This document shows positions 8,781-20,863 of a stretch of 64,000 nucleotides of DNA, piece after piece. Under the pieces are notes generated by a model. That model was not told the DNA's origin and did not search any database. It saw only the letters and a program-made list of their open reading frames with translations. The first letter of the stretch is position 1. Every line of letters starts with the position of its first letter. The DNA comes from an uncultured delta proteobacterium (GTDB taxonomy: Bacteria > Myxococcota_A > Polyangia > Polyangiales > Polyangiaceae), in assembly GCA_963806225.1 (NCBI GenBank), contig CAWDXG010000001.1:1440001-1504000 (forward strand). Direction: 5' to 3'. The position numbers were made by a program, and so were the translations under genes.

Positions 8781-11522
8781 CTACGGACAGCTCGAGCCCG
8801 CCGGCAGGCACAGCGTGTCGCTGCCCGCGCTGCAGCAGACCGGGAAGCCGTTGCCGTCGCCGCATTCCCAGCAGCCCGTTGCGTAGAGGAACCCGATGCA
8901 GCTGCCCGAGATGCAGCTCTCGCCGGGCTTGCAACTGTGTCCGCAGCCGCCGCAGTTGGCGGGATCGGTGGACGTGAGCGGGCAGGCGTGACCGCCCAAC
9001 AGACCCCCGCAGTTGGCACGTCCACTCCCACACGAGCCGACGCACTGGCCTCCGTCGCAATGTCCGCCGAGCAGTCCGCAGCCGTGTCCACATTTGCCGC
9101 AGTTGCCGGGGTCCGAGTCCAGATCGACGCAGCTGCCGCCGCACTTCGTCAGCCCCCGCGCGCAGCTGTCGGTCTGGCAGCTTCCCGAGCTGCAGCGCGC
9201 GCCCTGGCCGCAGCCGGTGCAACCTCCGCAGTGCTGGGGGTCGTGCGACGGGTCGACGCAGACCAAGCCATCTGGCGTGCTGCAGCGCGTGCCTGTCGGC
9301 GCGTCGCAGGCCACGTCGCAACTTCCACTCTGGCAGATCGGCCCTCCCGTGCCGGAGCCCGAGACGGGCTCTGCGCAGACGTTGTCGCAGGCGCCGCAGT
9401 TCGAGCTGTCGCTCGTGGTGTCGGTGCACGCGCCATTGCACTGTTCGTAGCCCTGGTTGCACACGAAGCTGCAGCTGGACTGAGTGCAGGCCGGCGTCGC
9501 ATTCGGCGGCTGGCTGCAGACCGTGTTGCAGCTGCCGCAGTGGGACGGATCGTTCGCCAGATCGACACACTGTCCACTGCAGTTCGTGCTGCCGGTGGGG
9601 CACGACACGACGCACTGCCCGCCGGAGCACGCCTGGTTCTTGCCGCATGTCTTGCCGCAGGCGCCGCAGTCCGCGCTGTCGGACAGCAGATTCACGCAGC
9701 TGCCCTTGCAGTCCGTGTAGCCGGAGTTGCAGGAGACGGCGCAACTGCCGTTTTCGCACGTGGGGGTGCCGTTCGCTGGAGCGGAGCAATCGTGCCCGCA
9801 GCTGCTGCAGTCGCTGATCGCGCTCGACGTGTCCACGCAGGAGCTGCCGCACCGGGTGTAGCCCGGATTGCAGCTGAAGCCGCAGCTGGCACTGTTGCAC
9901 GTCGCCGACGCATTCGAGGGCGCGCTGCAGACCGTGCCGCAGGCTCCGCAGTTGGACGTGTCGGTCTGTGTGTCGACGCAGGAACCGCTGCAGTCCGTGG
10001 TCGGAGCCGAGCAGCTCGTGGTGCACGCCCCTGCCGCGCACACCTGGTTTGCACCGCATGCCGCGCCGCAGGCTCCGCAGTTGTTCTTGTCCGTCTGTGT
10101 GTCGACGCATGCTCCGTTGCAGTACGTGTACCCGGCACTGCACGTGAGCTGGCACTGGCCGACGGAGCAGGTGGCCTTGCCGTTGGGCGGCGGGCTGCAG
10201 GCGTGCCCGCAGGTGCCGCAGTTCTGGGTGTCCGACGATACGTTGCTGCACGCGCCGCTGCACAGCTCGTAGCCCGGGTCACAGGTCGCGCCGCAGGCTC
10301 CGTTCTTGCAGGTGGCCGCGCCGTTCCCAGGCTCCGTGCAGGCGACGCCACACGCGCCGCAGTTGGCCGGATCCGTCGTCGTCTCCACGCACTGGCCATT
10401 GCAGACGCTCTGCCCCGGGTCGCAGCTCGAGCTGCACACGCCCGACGCACACACCTGACCGGTCGCACAGGCGTGGTCGCAGGCGCCGCAGTTTGCTGCA
10501 TCGGAGCTCACGTCCACGCACTGGCTGCCGCACTTGACGTAGCCTGCGCGGCAGGTGAACCCGCACTGCCCGCCCGAACACAGCGCGTTGCCGTGCGCCG
10601 GTGCCGCGCACACCGATCCGCAGGCGCCGCAGTTCTGCGGATCGGTGCTCTCGTCCACGCAGCTTGACCCGCAGTGGGTGAGCCCGGTCGTGCACTTGAC
10701 CGCGCACTGGCCGCCGCTGCACAGCGACTGTCCGCCGGGTGGTGCGGGGCACTGCGTGTCGCAGCTTCCGCAGTGGGCCGGGTCGCTGGAGACGTCGACG
10801 CAGGAGTGGCCGCACGCCGTCAGCGCGGACGGGCACGACGGCGCGCAGCCCGAGGGCGAGCATACCTGGGCGGCGCTGCACACCGTGCCGCACGCGCCGC
10901 AGTTGTCCGGATCGCTTCCGGTGTCCACGCAAGTCCCCGAGCAGTCCGAAAAGCCGCTGCTGCACGACGACGCGCAGCTCCCGCCGTCGCACGACGGCGT
11001 GCTGTTCACGCCCGGTACGCAGACGTTTCCGCAACTGCCGCAATTGGCGACGTCGGTTGACGTGTTCACGCAGGCGTTGCCGCAGCGCGTAGTGCCCGCC
11101 GGGCACTTGAAGTCGCAGCTGCCGTCCGTGCACACGGCGATCGCCCCGCTGGGCACGGCGCAGGTTGCGCCGCAGCCCCCGCAGTGCTCCGGGTCGGTCG
11201 ATGTGTCCACACACTCCCCGTCGCATAAGCTCTGCCCTGCGCTGCACGTACCGGCGTCGCCCGCTTCCGAGGCCTCGCTGTCGGCATCGGCGAACGCGTC
11301 CGGGCCGGAGTCGGCGTTCCCGTCCCGAGCGCCGTCTGCTCCGGCGTCGCCCGCGCTTCCCGGGAAGACGCAGCGCTGCTCGGCGTTGCAGACGAAACCG
11401 GGCGCACACCGGCCCTGCGGATCACAGGGAAGGCCGGACCCGTCGGCAGTGAGGTCGCTGGAACAGCCCAGCGCGGCTGCCGTGAGCAACAGGGCCAGAG
11501 TCGCGACAAGATATCCTCGCAT
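8781..11522 (-). CDS. Large Cys-rich repeat lipoprotein (Stig1-like myxobacterial repeats, 17 units)
   Basis: Lipobox ALGC; 17 copies of CVDxxxDxxNCGxCGxxC; ATG overlaps the upstream stop (TGATG). Confidence 0.85.
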   Translation of the reverse strand: MRGYLVATLALLLTAAALGCSSDLTADGSGLPCDPQGRCAPGFVCNAEQRCVFPGSAGDAGADGARDGNADSGPDAFADADSEASEAGDAGTCSAGQSLCDGECVDTSTDPEHCGGCGATCAVPSGAIAVCTDGSCDFKCPAGTTRCGNACVNTSTDVANCGSCGNVCVPGVNSTPSCDGGSCASSCSSGFSDCSGTCVDTGSDPDNCGACGTVCSAAQVCSPSGCAPSCPSALTACGHSCVDVSSDPAHCGSCDTQCPAPPGGQSLCSGGQCAVKCTTGLTHCGSSCVDESTDPQNCGACGSVCAAPAHGNALCSGGQCGFTCRAGYVKCGSQCVDVSSDAANCGACDHACATGQVCASGVCSSSCDPGQSVCNGQCVETTTDPANCGACGVACTEPGNGAATCKNGACGATCDPGYELCSGACSNVSSDTQNCGTCGHACSPPPNGKATCSVGQCQLTCSAGYTYCNGACVDTQTDKNNCGACGAACGANQVCAAGACTTSCSAPTTDCSGSCVDTQTDTSNCGACGTVCSAPSNASATCNSASCGFSCNPGYTRCGSSCVDTSSAISDCSSCGHDCSAPANGTPTCENGSCAVSCNSGYTDCKGSCVNLLSDSADCGACGKTCGKNQACSGGQCVVSCPTGSTNCSGQCVDLANDPSHCGSCNTVCSQPPNATPACTQSSCSFVCNQGYEQCNGACTDTTSDSSNCGACDNVCAEPVSGSGTGGPICQSGSCDVACDAPTGTRCSTPDGLVCVDPSHDPQHCGGCTGCGQGARCSSGSCQTDSCARGLTKCGGSCVDLDSDPGNCGKCGHGCGLLGGHCDGGQCVGSCGSGRANCGGLLGGHACPLTSTDPANCGGCGHSCKPGESCISGSCIGFLYATGCWECGDGNGFPVCCSAGSDTLCLPAGSSCP

Positions 11523-12487
11523 CAGAACCTTCCCCGCGCGGACATGCCGCACCAGCGCGTGGCGCACCCCATGCCAACCTCCGCCGAGCTGCTGCTCGCG
11601 GGAGTCAGATCCAGGTACAGCAGTACGCCGCCCGTGACGGTCAACGCTCCGCCGACGCCGAGCAGCACGCGCGCCGTGGTCTGCCGGCTCTTCATCGAGT
11701 AGTAGTCCGCCTGGTAGGCGATCTGGTCGGGCGCCGAGCGCGCGTCGCGCTCGGCGCTGTGGCGCGCTAGCTCGAAACCGAGCGCCGCCCCGAGACCGGC
11801 GACTCCAGCGCCGAGCGCCGCCCAGGTCCACGGATGGACGCGGGACAGCCCGCTGGAGCCCCGGTCGTGAGCGGGCGCCACTTTCGTACTGCCCCGTCGG
11901 GTTCGTGCCGCCGCTGTCGTCGTCGGCTTCGAATCGGTGGAACGAGGGTCGAGCAGGGCGACGTCGAGATCGATGGCGTGTTGGGGGGGAAGCAGGAAGT
12001 CGCGCGTCGTGTCCGGGTGTCCATCCAGCTTCAGCACGGCGCGGTGCCGCCCCGGCTTCAGCTCGCCGGTCCAGGGTGCCTCGCCGACCCGCTTGCCATC
12101 GACGATCACTGTCGCCCCGAGCGGTCGCGACAGGATCGTCACCTGCTGCACACCCCGCGCGCCCAGACGCCTTTCCAGGCTGGCGATACCGGCCTGGACC
12201 GTTGCGCCGTCCTTGGCGTCCGGTGCCAGGCGCAGGTATTGCCGGAACCACCGCAGTGCCTCCGGGACATTGCCGAGCTTCTCGTAGGCCTGCCCCACGT
12301 TGTAGATGAGCTCCGGGCGCGGATCGAGCTGGTACGCCCGCCTGAACAGCTTGATCGCCCGTTCGTAGTCGGCTGTGTGATACGCCTTGGCCGCCTGTTG
12401 GAACACCACGCGCGCGCGGGCAGTGTCGATCTGGGCGTGTGCTGGCGCGGCGCAGAGCGCCAGTACTACACACAGCCCAATCCCCAT
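11522..12487 (-). CDS. TPR + PEGA domain protein
   Basis: Signal peptide (PAHA-Q), TPR (LIYNVGQAYEKLG), PEGA (SRPLGATVIVDGKRVGEAP...GRHRAVLKLDGH), two hydrophobic C-terminal segments, ends GRF. Confidence 0.85.
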   Translation of the reverse strand: MGIGLCVVLALCAAPAHAQIDTARARVVFQQAAKAYHTADYERAIKLFRRAYQLDPRPELIYNVGQAYEKLGNVPEALRWFRQYLRLAPDAKDGATVQAGIASLERRLGARGVQQVTILSRPLGATVIVDGKRVGEAPWTGELKPGRHRAVLKLDGHPDTTRDFLLPPQHAIDLDVALLDPRSTDSKPTTTAAARTRRGSTKVAPAHDRGSSGLSRVHPWTWAALGAGVAGLGAALGFELARHSAERDARSAPDQIAYQADYYSMKSRQTTARVLLGVGGALTVTGGVLLYLDLTPASSSSAEVGMGCATRWCGMSARGRF

Positions 12488-12643
12488 CACCCGCCTGTCG
12501 ACTGGTCGGTCTCCACCGGATCCGGCAGCGCGGGTGCTCGTCGCCGCTGCTTGTTCCAGGATGTGCATGACTGGACCAGGATTGGTCCGCCCGGACACCG
12601 ACGTGAGCGTCCCTTTCCGACAGGGGTGTCGGCGGCGCCGGGG

Positions 12644-14069
12644 CTAGCGGTACGGGTTCTTCTTCGTGATATGCGTTGGCGGCGCGACCGGCCCGCCGGT
12701 GGTCGCCCCCGGTCTGGCGGGCGCGGCGTGGCGTTCGGCGTGCGGCGTCGGTTCCGATGGCGGCGCCTGCCCCGACGGGCTCGCACCGGTCGTGGCACTG
12801 CTCACCGCAGGCGGAGCGCCGGCCACCGCGCTCTCCGGCGCTGCGGGCGGTGCGACACGCTGATCCGCCGCGCGCTCCGCCGTCGTCGTCCGGGTTTCCG
12901 GCTGCGCGCTCGCGCTCTGCGCCGGGGCGCCCCGGGGAGCACGGTGCACCGACCAGGCGATGACGCCGGCACCCGCCACGGCAAGGGCGCCGGCCACCGC
13001 CCAGCCGAGCCTGCGCCGCGGCTCCGCCGCCCGAGGCGCCGCTTCGTCCGCGTCGCTGTGGGCCGCGGTCACCGGCCGGCTCATGAGCGACGCCACGCGC
13101 TCGCGCCGCCGCGCCAGATCCACGCCCATCAGCCCCTCGACGAAATCCGCCACCTCGGCGTGGCTCGCAATCCAACCCGTGTTGCGTCCGATGTCTTCGA
13201 TCGCGTCTGCCATCTGCCGCGCGGTGGGAAAGCGCGCGCGAAGCTTCCGGCGCGCAGGCGCGCGCCACGACCTGTTCGATCTGCGGGGCGATGGCGATGC
13301 CCGCCGACGACAGCGGCGGGATGTGATCTTCCACGATGTGGTGGACGAGCTGTGCCTCGCTCGCCTCGGGCCACAGCTCGCGCGCCGTGAGTGCCAGCCA
13401 CAGCGTCACGCCGAGCGCATAGATGTCGAGCGTCGGGCCGACGGGTGCGCGCCGGAGGTACTCGGGCGGCATGTACAGGAGCTTGCCCACCAGGTAGTTG
13501 CGATCCGTCGACACGGACGCGATCGCGCTCTTGGCGATACCGAAGTCGGCGATGCGCGCCACCCCGTCGCGCCCCACCATCACGTTCTGCAGCGTTACGT
13601 CCCGGTGCAGGATCGAGAGCGGCTTGCCCGACGGAGCGCGCGCGTGGTGGATTGCCGAAAGGCCAGCGAGCGCGTCGAGCGCGATGCGTAGCACCACCGG
13701 CGGCGGGATGCGCTCGCCGCGCAGCGCCGAGCGGTCGATCAGCTCCTCGAGTGTGCCGCCCTCGATGTACTCGAGCACCAGGAAGTAGCCGTCCTCGTCG
13801 CTGCCGACCTGCGTCGTGCCGACCACGTTGGCGTGCTGCACACACGCTGCCAGCGACGCCTCGTCGAGGAAGCGCTGCACCGCATCGGGCAGCTCCAGCA
13901 GGTGCGGATGCAGCCGCTTGATCACGACCAGTCGCTCGAACCCGCCCGCGCCGAGCGCTCGCGCCAGAAGCGCGCTGCCCATGCCGCCGCGCCCGAGCTC
14001 GAGCAGCGTCTCGTAGGCGCCGACGGGCGCCGTCAGCCCGCGAGCGAGCGTATGGAAACGTTTGCCCAT
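12644..14069 (-). CDS. Membrane-anchored Ser/Thr protein kinase (one frameshift near 13237)
   Basis: LGRGGMG, VVIKR, HRDVTLQN, DFG, YMPPE. Continues in the 12644..13213 frame (FPTARQMADAIE, TM helix, Pro-rich tail ending NPYR). Confidence 0.85.
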
Positions 14070-15002
14070 CAGAACCGTCCGCCGAGCGCGCCGACGGCGC
14101 CGCGGCGCGTCGGCACAAGGGCGGCGCTGGCCTTCCCGCCGCCCCAATCCACCAGCGAGATCCCCATCCAGGCCGTGATCATGCGCCGGCGAGTACGGCG
14201 CCGCCCAGCAGAAGTCGCTGCGCCGCATCCGCGAGCGCACGTCGTCGCCCTGGACCGGGGAATAGTCGGCGGGCAGATCGCGCTTCTTCGCTAGCGCGTC
14301 GAGGCCCGACCAGGTGGTCGCCGCGGCGAGCCCTACCGTGACCGCGGCGCCGAGGTAGAACACCGGCGGAGACAGCGGGCGGTGCGGGGCGTCGGGCGGC
14401 GTTGCTCGGCGCGACGGCTGCGTCGGTGCCGCCGCCGGTGCCGGCCGTGTCGCGTGCGCCGCGGGCGCTGCCGGATGCAGTACGACGCGATACGTGGCTC
14501 CGGCGTTGAGCGCCAGATTACGGTGGGCGCGCGCGCTCCCGGCGACCGCGTCCACGCTATGCGTGCCCGGCAGCAGGTAGTGGCTGCCCGCGTCGGCCGG
14601 ATCGCCATCCAGCACCAGGTGACACGGCGCCACGTCGCAACCGAGCTGTACGCGCGCCAGGTGCGGCGCCGCCTCGGCCAGCGCCTCGCGCGCTTCGGCG
14701 GCCAGCTTGGGGTTGTCCGGCGCGTGCGCCTCCGCGCGCCGGGCCGTCTGCACCACCAGCAGATGGTCGTTCGCCTTGCGCGCCGCGACGATCGCGTTCT
14801 CCACCGCGTCGGCGCTCGGCACGATCGAGTCCGCCTTCAGGAACGCCCGCGCCGCCGCGCCGTACTCGGCGCGGTCGAAGTGCTTCACGCCCGCGTCGTA
14901 GGCCGCGGCGGCGCGGCTCTTGTCCGCGGCCGACGGCGCCGCGCGCGCGACGCCGGAATACAGTGCAGATGCCGCTGCGAGCGCGATCAGTGCACGCCGC
15001 AT
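14069..15002 (-). CDS. Exported TPR/PEGA-like protein (frameshift(s) near 14180-14212)
   Basis: Signal peptide, TPR-like N-terminus (YDAGVKHFDRAEYGAAARAF), beta domain, hydrophobic C-terminus. The reconstructed end LGGRF-TGA overlaps the kinase ATG. Confidence 0.7.
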
Positions 15003-15027
15003 CCGCGTCATGCGCTACGCTCCCGGC

Positions 15028-15603
15028 GTGTGCCCCCGGATGTTTGCCGCGTTGTGTTGTCTGGTCGCCCTGACCGGTTGCGAGCTGGTCGCCGGGCCTC
15101 TGCCGGACCCCGTGCGCCCGGACTCCGGAGTGGCAGCGGCTGGAGGCAGCGCTGGTGCCGGTGGGAGTGCGGCGGCGGCAGGCACCGATGCAGGCTCGGG
15201 CGGAGCCACAGGTGGCCAGGCAGGGCAGGGCGGTAGCTCCGGTTGCCAGAGCCAGTGTGACTGCGACGGGGACGGGGCGAAGTCCGAAGCATGTGGTGGT
15301 GCCGACTGTGACGACCATGACCCCAAGGCGAAGCCCGGTCAATCCGCCTATTTCGCGAGCGCTTCGGCCAACCCCGCCGTGGGCTTCGACTACAACTGCA
15401 GCGGTAATCCCGACAGAAAGCCAGCGCTCTCCAAGCAGGTCAGCTGCAGTGGTGTCTCGCTGCTCAACTGCGACACGTCGACCCAGGGCTTCATCGATCA
15501 GCTACCCGCGTGTGGCCAGAGCGGGGGATGGGGCACCTGCAAGAAGGGCGCGGTCGCGTGCCAGCCCGACGTGCTCGAACAGCGCGTAATGCTCTGTCAT
15601 TGA
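15028..15603 (+). CDS. Cys-rich lipoprotein with putative metal-binding motif (DCDGDG...DCDDxD...FDYNC)
   Basis: Lipobox LTGC, Gly-rich linker, PF11617-like motif. GTG start 6 nt after TACGCT; alternative ATG at 15040. Confidence 0.7.
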   Translation: MCPRMFAALCCLVALTGCELVAGPLPDPVRPDSGVAAAGGSAGAGGSAAAAGTDAGSGGATGGQAGQGGSSGCQSQCDCDGDGAKSEACGGADCDDHDPKAKPGQSAYFASASANPAVGFDYNCSGNPDRKPALSKQVSCSGVSLLNCDTSTQGFIDQLPACGQSGGWGTCKKGAVACQPDVLEQRVMLCH

Positions 15604-15639
15604 GTAGCGCGCTTTTTCACCGATGCCCAGGCCCGCCCG

Positions 15640-16476
15640 CTACCCCAGCGCGGCGCCGATCGCGTCCAGCACGCTTTGAGGCCGCTCGATGTGCGGCGCG
15701 TGGCCGACGCCGGAGAGGAACGACGCTTCCGTGCGCGGCAGCCGCGCCGCGAGCTCGCGAGCCACGCCTACCGGGACCAGCTGGTCCTCCTCGCCGTGGA
15801 CGATCCACGCCGGCGCCTGGATGCGCGGCAACACGCGCGCTGTGGTCTCGATGTGCAGTCCGGAGAGCAGCCGGCGCATGAAGCGCGCGCGGCCCCGGAT
15901 GTGCCAGCCGCGGAAGTAGCGCTCGATCACGTCCTGGGACGGGTGGAAGCGCCGCGCGAAGGTGCTGCGCATGACCGTGCGCCGCACCGGATCCGACGAA
16001 CCGATCGCCGGCATCAGCTCTCCGACCGGCGGCACTTTGAGCGGCGTGAGCGCGAGCGGAAAGGGGAAGTCGAGCGCCGCTGCGCCCACCAGCACCATCG
16101 CCCGCACCCGCGCCGGATGCGCCGCTGCTAGCTCCAGCGTGCACGTGCCGCCGAGCGACCAGCCCACCACCACTGCGCTCTCGACCTCCGCCGCGTCGAG
16201 ATAGGCCGCGACCCACTCGCAGAGCTCGCGCTGGTCCGGCGTCCCGTCGGGGATGTCCGTCAGCCCGTGCCCGAGCAGATCGAGCGCATGCGTCCGCACG
16301 TGCGGCAGAGCCGCTTGCAGGTCGTGCCACGTGCTGGCGTTGTCCGTCACGCCGTGCAGCAGCACCACGTCCGGACCCTGTCCGCGCACGACAGCGTGTA
16401 CGGCGCCGCGGCGCGTTTCCACCATGGAACCGGACCGGTAGCGCTGGTCGCGGCGGGCGGCGTCGAGCGTGAGCAT
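15640..16476 (-). CDS. Alpha/beta fold hydrolase
   Basis: LLHG oxyanion motif, DLLGHG, GWSLGG nucleophile, GEED acid, GH catalytic His. Extended -10 TGCTATCCT 8 nt before the ATG. Confidence 0.9.
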   Translation of the reverse strand: MLTLDAARRDQRYRSGSMVETRRGAVHAVVRGQGPDVVLLHGVTDNASTWHDLQAALPHVRTHALDLLGHGLTDIPDGTPDQRELCEWVAAYLDAAEVESAVVVGWSLGGTCTLELAAAHPARVRAMVLVGAAALDFPFPLALTPLKVPPVGELMPAIGSSDPVRRTVMRSTFARRFHPSQDVIERYFRGWHIRGRARFMRRLLSGLHIETTARVLPRIQAPAWIVHGEEDQLVPVGVARELAARLPRTEASFLSGVGHAPHIERPQSVLDAIGAALG

Positions 16477-16565
16477 GGGCGCAGAGGATAGCAGAAGCTG
16501 GGGGTGACGGCGCGCGCCCACGTGGGTCGCGCCGCGACAAAGCCGCGGACCACGAGCGGGCTCGT

Positions 16566-16745
16566 TCACTCGCCGCGCGGCTCGAACACAACGTCCGCCG
16601 TCTCGACGAGTAGCTCGAAGCCCAGCCGCTGGTACAGGCCGGTGGACGTCGCGTTGTCGAGATCGGCGTACAGCGTGCAGAAGTCCTTGCCTCGCTCGAA
16701 TGCCAGCAGGCAGGCGCGGGCGACCGCGCTGCCGGCGTAGCCCGT
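16566..16745 (-). pseudogene. C-terminal remnant of a GNAT (FR47-like) acetyltransferase
   Basis: GYAGSAVARAC...CTLYADLDNATSTGLYQRLGF. The N-terminal part is missing and the histidine kinase stop lies about 20 nt upstream. Confidence 0.7.
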
Positions 16746-16767
16746 CGCCGTCACAGAGTCTGCGCCG

Positions 16768-19089
16768 CTACGTCGCCCTGCCACTGTCCAGCGCCTCGCG
16801 GACCCTTTTCACGAGGTCAGCGGCGGTGAACGGCTTCGGCAGGAAGTGGACCCCTGGTTCGAGCACGCCCTGCTGGACGAGCCCCGCGTCGCTGTAGCCC
16901 GACGTGTAGAGGACCCGGAGCGCCGGCCGCGTCTGCAGGAGCTCTTGTGCGAGCTCCATTCCGCTCATCGACGGCATGACCATGTCGGTCAGGAGCAGAT
17001 GGATGTCGTCCCCGTGCTGCGCGCAGATCGCGATCGCCTCGGGCCCGCCTGCGGCGGTCAGTACCGTGTAGCCGGCTGCGCCCAGGATCCTTCTGGCCAC
17101 CCTGCGCAGTGCCTTCTCGTCCTCGACCACGAGGATCGTCTCGGTTCCAGTCCGCACCGAGGTCGGCGGGCGTTCGCTGGGCGGCACGACAGAGGACTCG
17201 AGCTCCCGCGGCAGATACACCTTGAACGTCGTTCCCCGGCCAGGCTCGCTGTAGACCCAGATGGAGCCGCCGCTCTGCGTCACGATGCCGTGCACCGTGG
17301 AAAGGCCCAGGCCCGTCCCTTTGCCCTTGTCCTTGGTGGTGAAGAACGGATCGAAGATGTGGGTCCGGGTCGCCTCGTCCATGCCCGAGCCCGTGTCGCT
17401 GACCGAAAGCATGACGTAGGGCCCGGGCTCTACGGCCGCGTGAAGCGCGACGTACGTCTCGTCGATCTCCACGTTGGACGTCTCGATGGTGAGCCGGCCG
17501 CCGTCGGGCATGGCGTCGCGGGCGTTCACCACGAGGTTCATGAGCACCTGCTCGAGCTGACCTGGATCGGCCCGGACCAGCCCGAGCGTGGATTGGGGGG
17601 CCCACACCAGCTCGATGTCCTCGCCGATGATCCGGCGCAGCATGTTCTCCATGTCGCCGAGCACCTGGTTCAGGTCGAGAGCCACTGGCTGCAGCACCTG
17701 CTTGCGACCGAACGCGAGGAGCTGGCGCGTGAGCGCCGCGGCTCGCTCGCCGGCCCCGGTCACCTCGAGCAGGTCGTCTTTCAGCGGGTCGCCGTCCCGC
17801 AACTGTTCCAGCGCGAGCGCTGTGTAGCTCAGGATGACCGTGACGAGGTTGTTGAAGTCGTGGGCGACGCCGCCGGCGAGGCGCCCGATGCTCTCCATCC
17901 TCTGGGCCTGCAGGAACTGCGCCTCCAGCACGAGCCTCGCGCTGATGTCCCGCTCCACGGCGACGTAGCTCGTGATCGCCCCGGCCCCCTCGCGCACGGG
18001 CGAGATGGTCGCCTCGGCGGTGTAGAGCGTGCCGTCCTTCTTCTTGTTGACCATGCGTCCGTGCCAGGTCCCGCCGCCGCTGATGGTCGCCCACATCGCG
18101 CGGTAGAACGCGTCGTCCTGAACGCCGCTCTTGAGCAGGCGCGGACTCTGGCCGAGGACCTCCGCGTGCGCGTAGCCGGTTACGGTTTCGAAGGCCGGGT
18201 TGGCGTAGACGATGTTTCCGCTGGCGTTGGTGACGACCACCATCTCCGCGGTCTGCTCGATCGCCCTCATCAACCGATTGCGCTCGATCTCGACCCGTTT
18301 CCAGGCGGTGATGTCACGGATGTTGCACTGGATCACGTTCTGGTTGTCGACACGATAGACATTGCTGACGAACTCAACGTCGATGCGGCGTCCGTCGCGG
18401 GCCTTCAGCGGAAGATGCTCGTAGCGGACGTACTTTTCCGTCTGCAACGTGACAAACGCCTCCCGCGAAGCAGCGATGTCCTTGAACGCGCCGATCTCCC
18501 ACAGATGCCTGCCCAGGAACTCCTCGTGCGAGTAGCCTGTCAACTGCTCCAGAAACGGATTGACGTCGACGATGCAGCCGGAGTCCGCGTCGAGAATCAG
18601 GATACCGTCCTTGGCTGACTCGAACAGGCGGCGGTAGCGCTTCTCCGATGCTTCGAGCACGTTGGCTGCCCGCTTTTGCTCGGTGATGTCCTCGAACAGA
18701 CCGAGCACGGCGATCACCTCGCCGGCGGCGTTCCTGACCGGCGTCTTGAAGGTGCGGACCCAGTACTCCTTTCCCTGGGCGACGTATCGCTCCTCCATGT
18801 CCTTGGCTTGTCCCGATTCGATCACCGCGCGATCGTCGGCCCGGTACTTGTCGGCCAGCTCGGCCGGAACGAGAGCGAAGTCGTCCTTGCCCACGACCTG
18901 CTCGGGCGTGCGGCCGAGGCTGGCCGCGAGGGGCGAGTTGATAGCGAGGTAGACCGAGCTGCAATCCTTCAGGAACAACTTCTGGGGAATGCTCTCGACG
19001 ATGGCGCGATGGATCGCCTCGCTGTCCCCGAGCGCCTGCAGCGCAGCGTGAAGCGCGCCGTTTCCACTGGATGGCTCGTCTTTCCCCAT
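16768..19089 (-). CDS. Cytoplasmic hybrid sensor histidine kinase (3 PAS, HisKA, HATPase, REC)
   Basis: Three PAS/PAC units ending [50 protein letters not shown] with LLTDMVMP and FLPKPF. Confidence 0.95.
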   Translation of the reverse strand: MGKDEPSSGNGALHAALQALGDSEAIHRAIVESIPQKLFLKDCSSVYLAINSPLAASLGRTPEQVVGKDDFALVPAELADKYRADDRAVIESGQAKDMEERYVAQGKEYWVRTFKTPVRNAAGEVIAVLGLFEDITEQKRAANVLEASEKRYRRLFESAKDGILILDADSGCIVDVNPFLEQLTGYSHEEFLGRHLWEIGAFKDIAASREAFVTLQTEKYVRYEHLPLKARDGRRIDVEFVSNVYRVDNQNVIQCNIRDITAWKRVEIERNRLMRAIEQTAEMVVVTNASGNIVYANPAFETVTGYAHAEVLGQSPRLLKSGVQDDAFYRAMWATISGGGTWHGRMVNKKKDGTLYTAEATISPVREGAGAITSYVAVERDISARLVLEAQFLQAQRMESIGRLAGGVAHDFNNLVTVILSYTALALEQLRDGDPLKDDLLEVTGAGERAAALTRQLLAFGRKQVLQPVALDLNQVLGDMENMLRRIIGEDIELVWAPQSTLGLVRADPGQLEQVLMNLVVNARDAMPDGGRLTIETSNVEIDETYVALHAAVEPGPYVMLSVSDTGSGMDEATRTHIFDPFFTTKDKGKGTGLGLSTVHGIVTQSGGSIWVYSEPGRGTTFKVYLPRELESSVVPPSERPPTSVRTGTETILVVEDEKALRRVARRILGAAGYTVLTAAGGPEAIAICAQHGDDIHLLLTDMVMPSMSGMELAQELLQTRPALRVLYTSGYSDAGLVQQGVLEPGVHFLPKPFTAADLVKRVREALDSGRAT

Positions 19090-19287
19090 CGCTCCGTTCC
19101 CTCGCCGATCGAGCTGCCTTCCGCCGGGCGCCGGATCCGTCCGCCCGAATCGGGGTCCGCCCTTGACCGGGAATCCTACCCACTTTCGCCCGGCTGCGCC
19201 CGGATTTGCACAGGGCAGCGCGCAACTGCAGGGTCAGGCCGAAACGCCCCGCCCGCACCGGCCGGGCCCGACGTCGCCTCCGCCGCG

Positions 19288-19523
19288 TCACCCGGAGTAC
19301 GGCACGAAGCCGGACCATTCAATCCCGGCCTGGGCGGTGGCGCAGAGCATCTCGCGGCCTTGACGGGGATGTACATGCCGGTCAGGGGCTGGCTGGGGAG
19401 CAGGTAGCCGACGTTCTCGCCGGAGCCATTGCAGCCCGAGGCGCTGGGAGCCACGTACAGGACGGAGCTGACGGCGCCCGAGGCGATGGCGTCGGTGAGC
19501 ACGAACGGCCCGTCGACCAGATG
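19288..19523 (-). pseudogene. 5'-truncated gene remnant of unknown family (frameshift near 19355)
   Basis: Protein-like, GC3-rich frame HLVDGPFVLTDAIASG...MYIPVKA / EMLCATAQAGIEWSGFVPYSG*, beginning about 20 nt after the mvaA stop with no RBS. Confidence 0.45.
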
Positions 19524-19544
19524 GTCGCCTCGTCGGCGCCCTGA

Positions 19545-20856
<1,312 letters not shown>

Positions 20857-20863
20857 CGTCTTT

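Noticed and set aside
8781..15011. 2076-aa ORF as a giant TPR-kinase-Cys-rich fusion protein
   Set aside because: It strings together separate genes via frameshifts and low-complexity off-frame stretches. Each gene has its own start, and stop/start overlaps are visible at 14069 and 11522.
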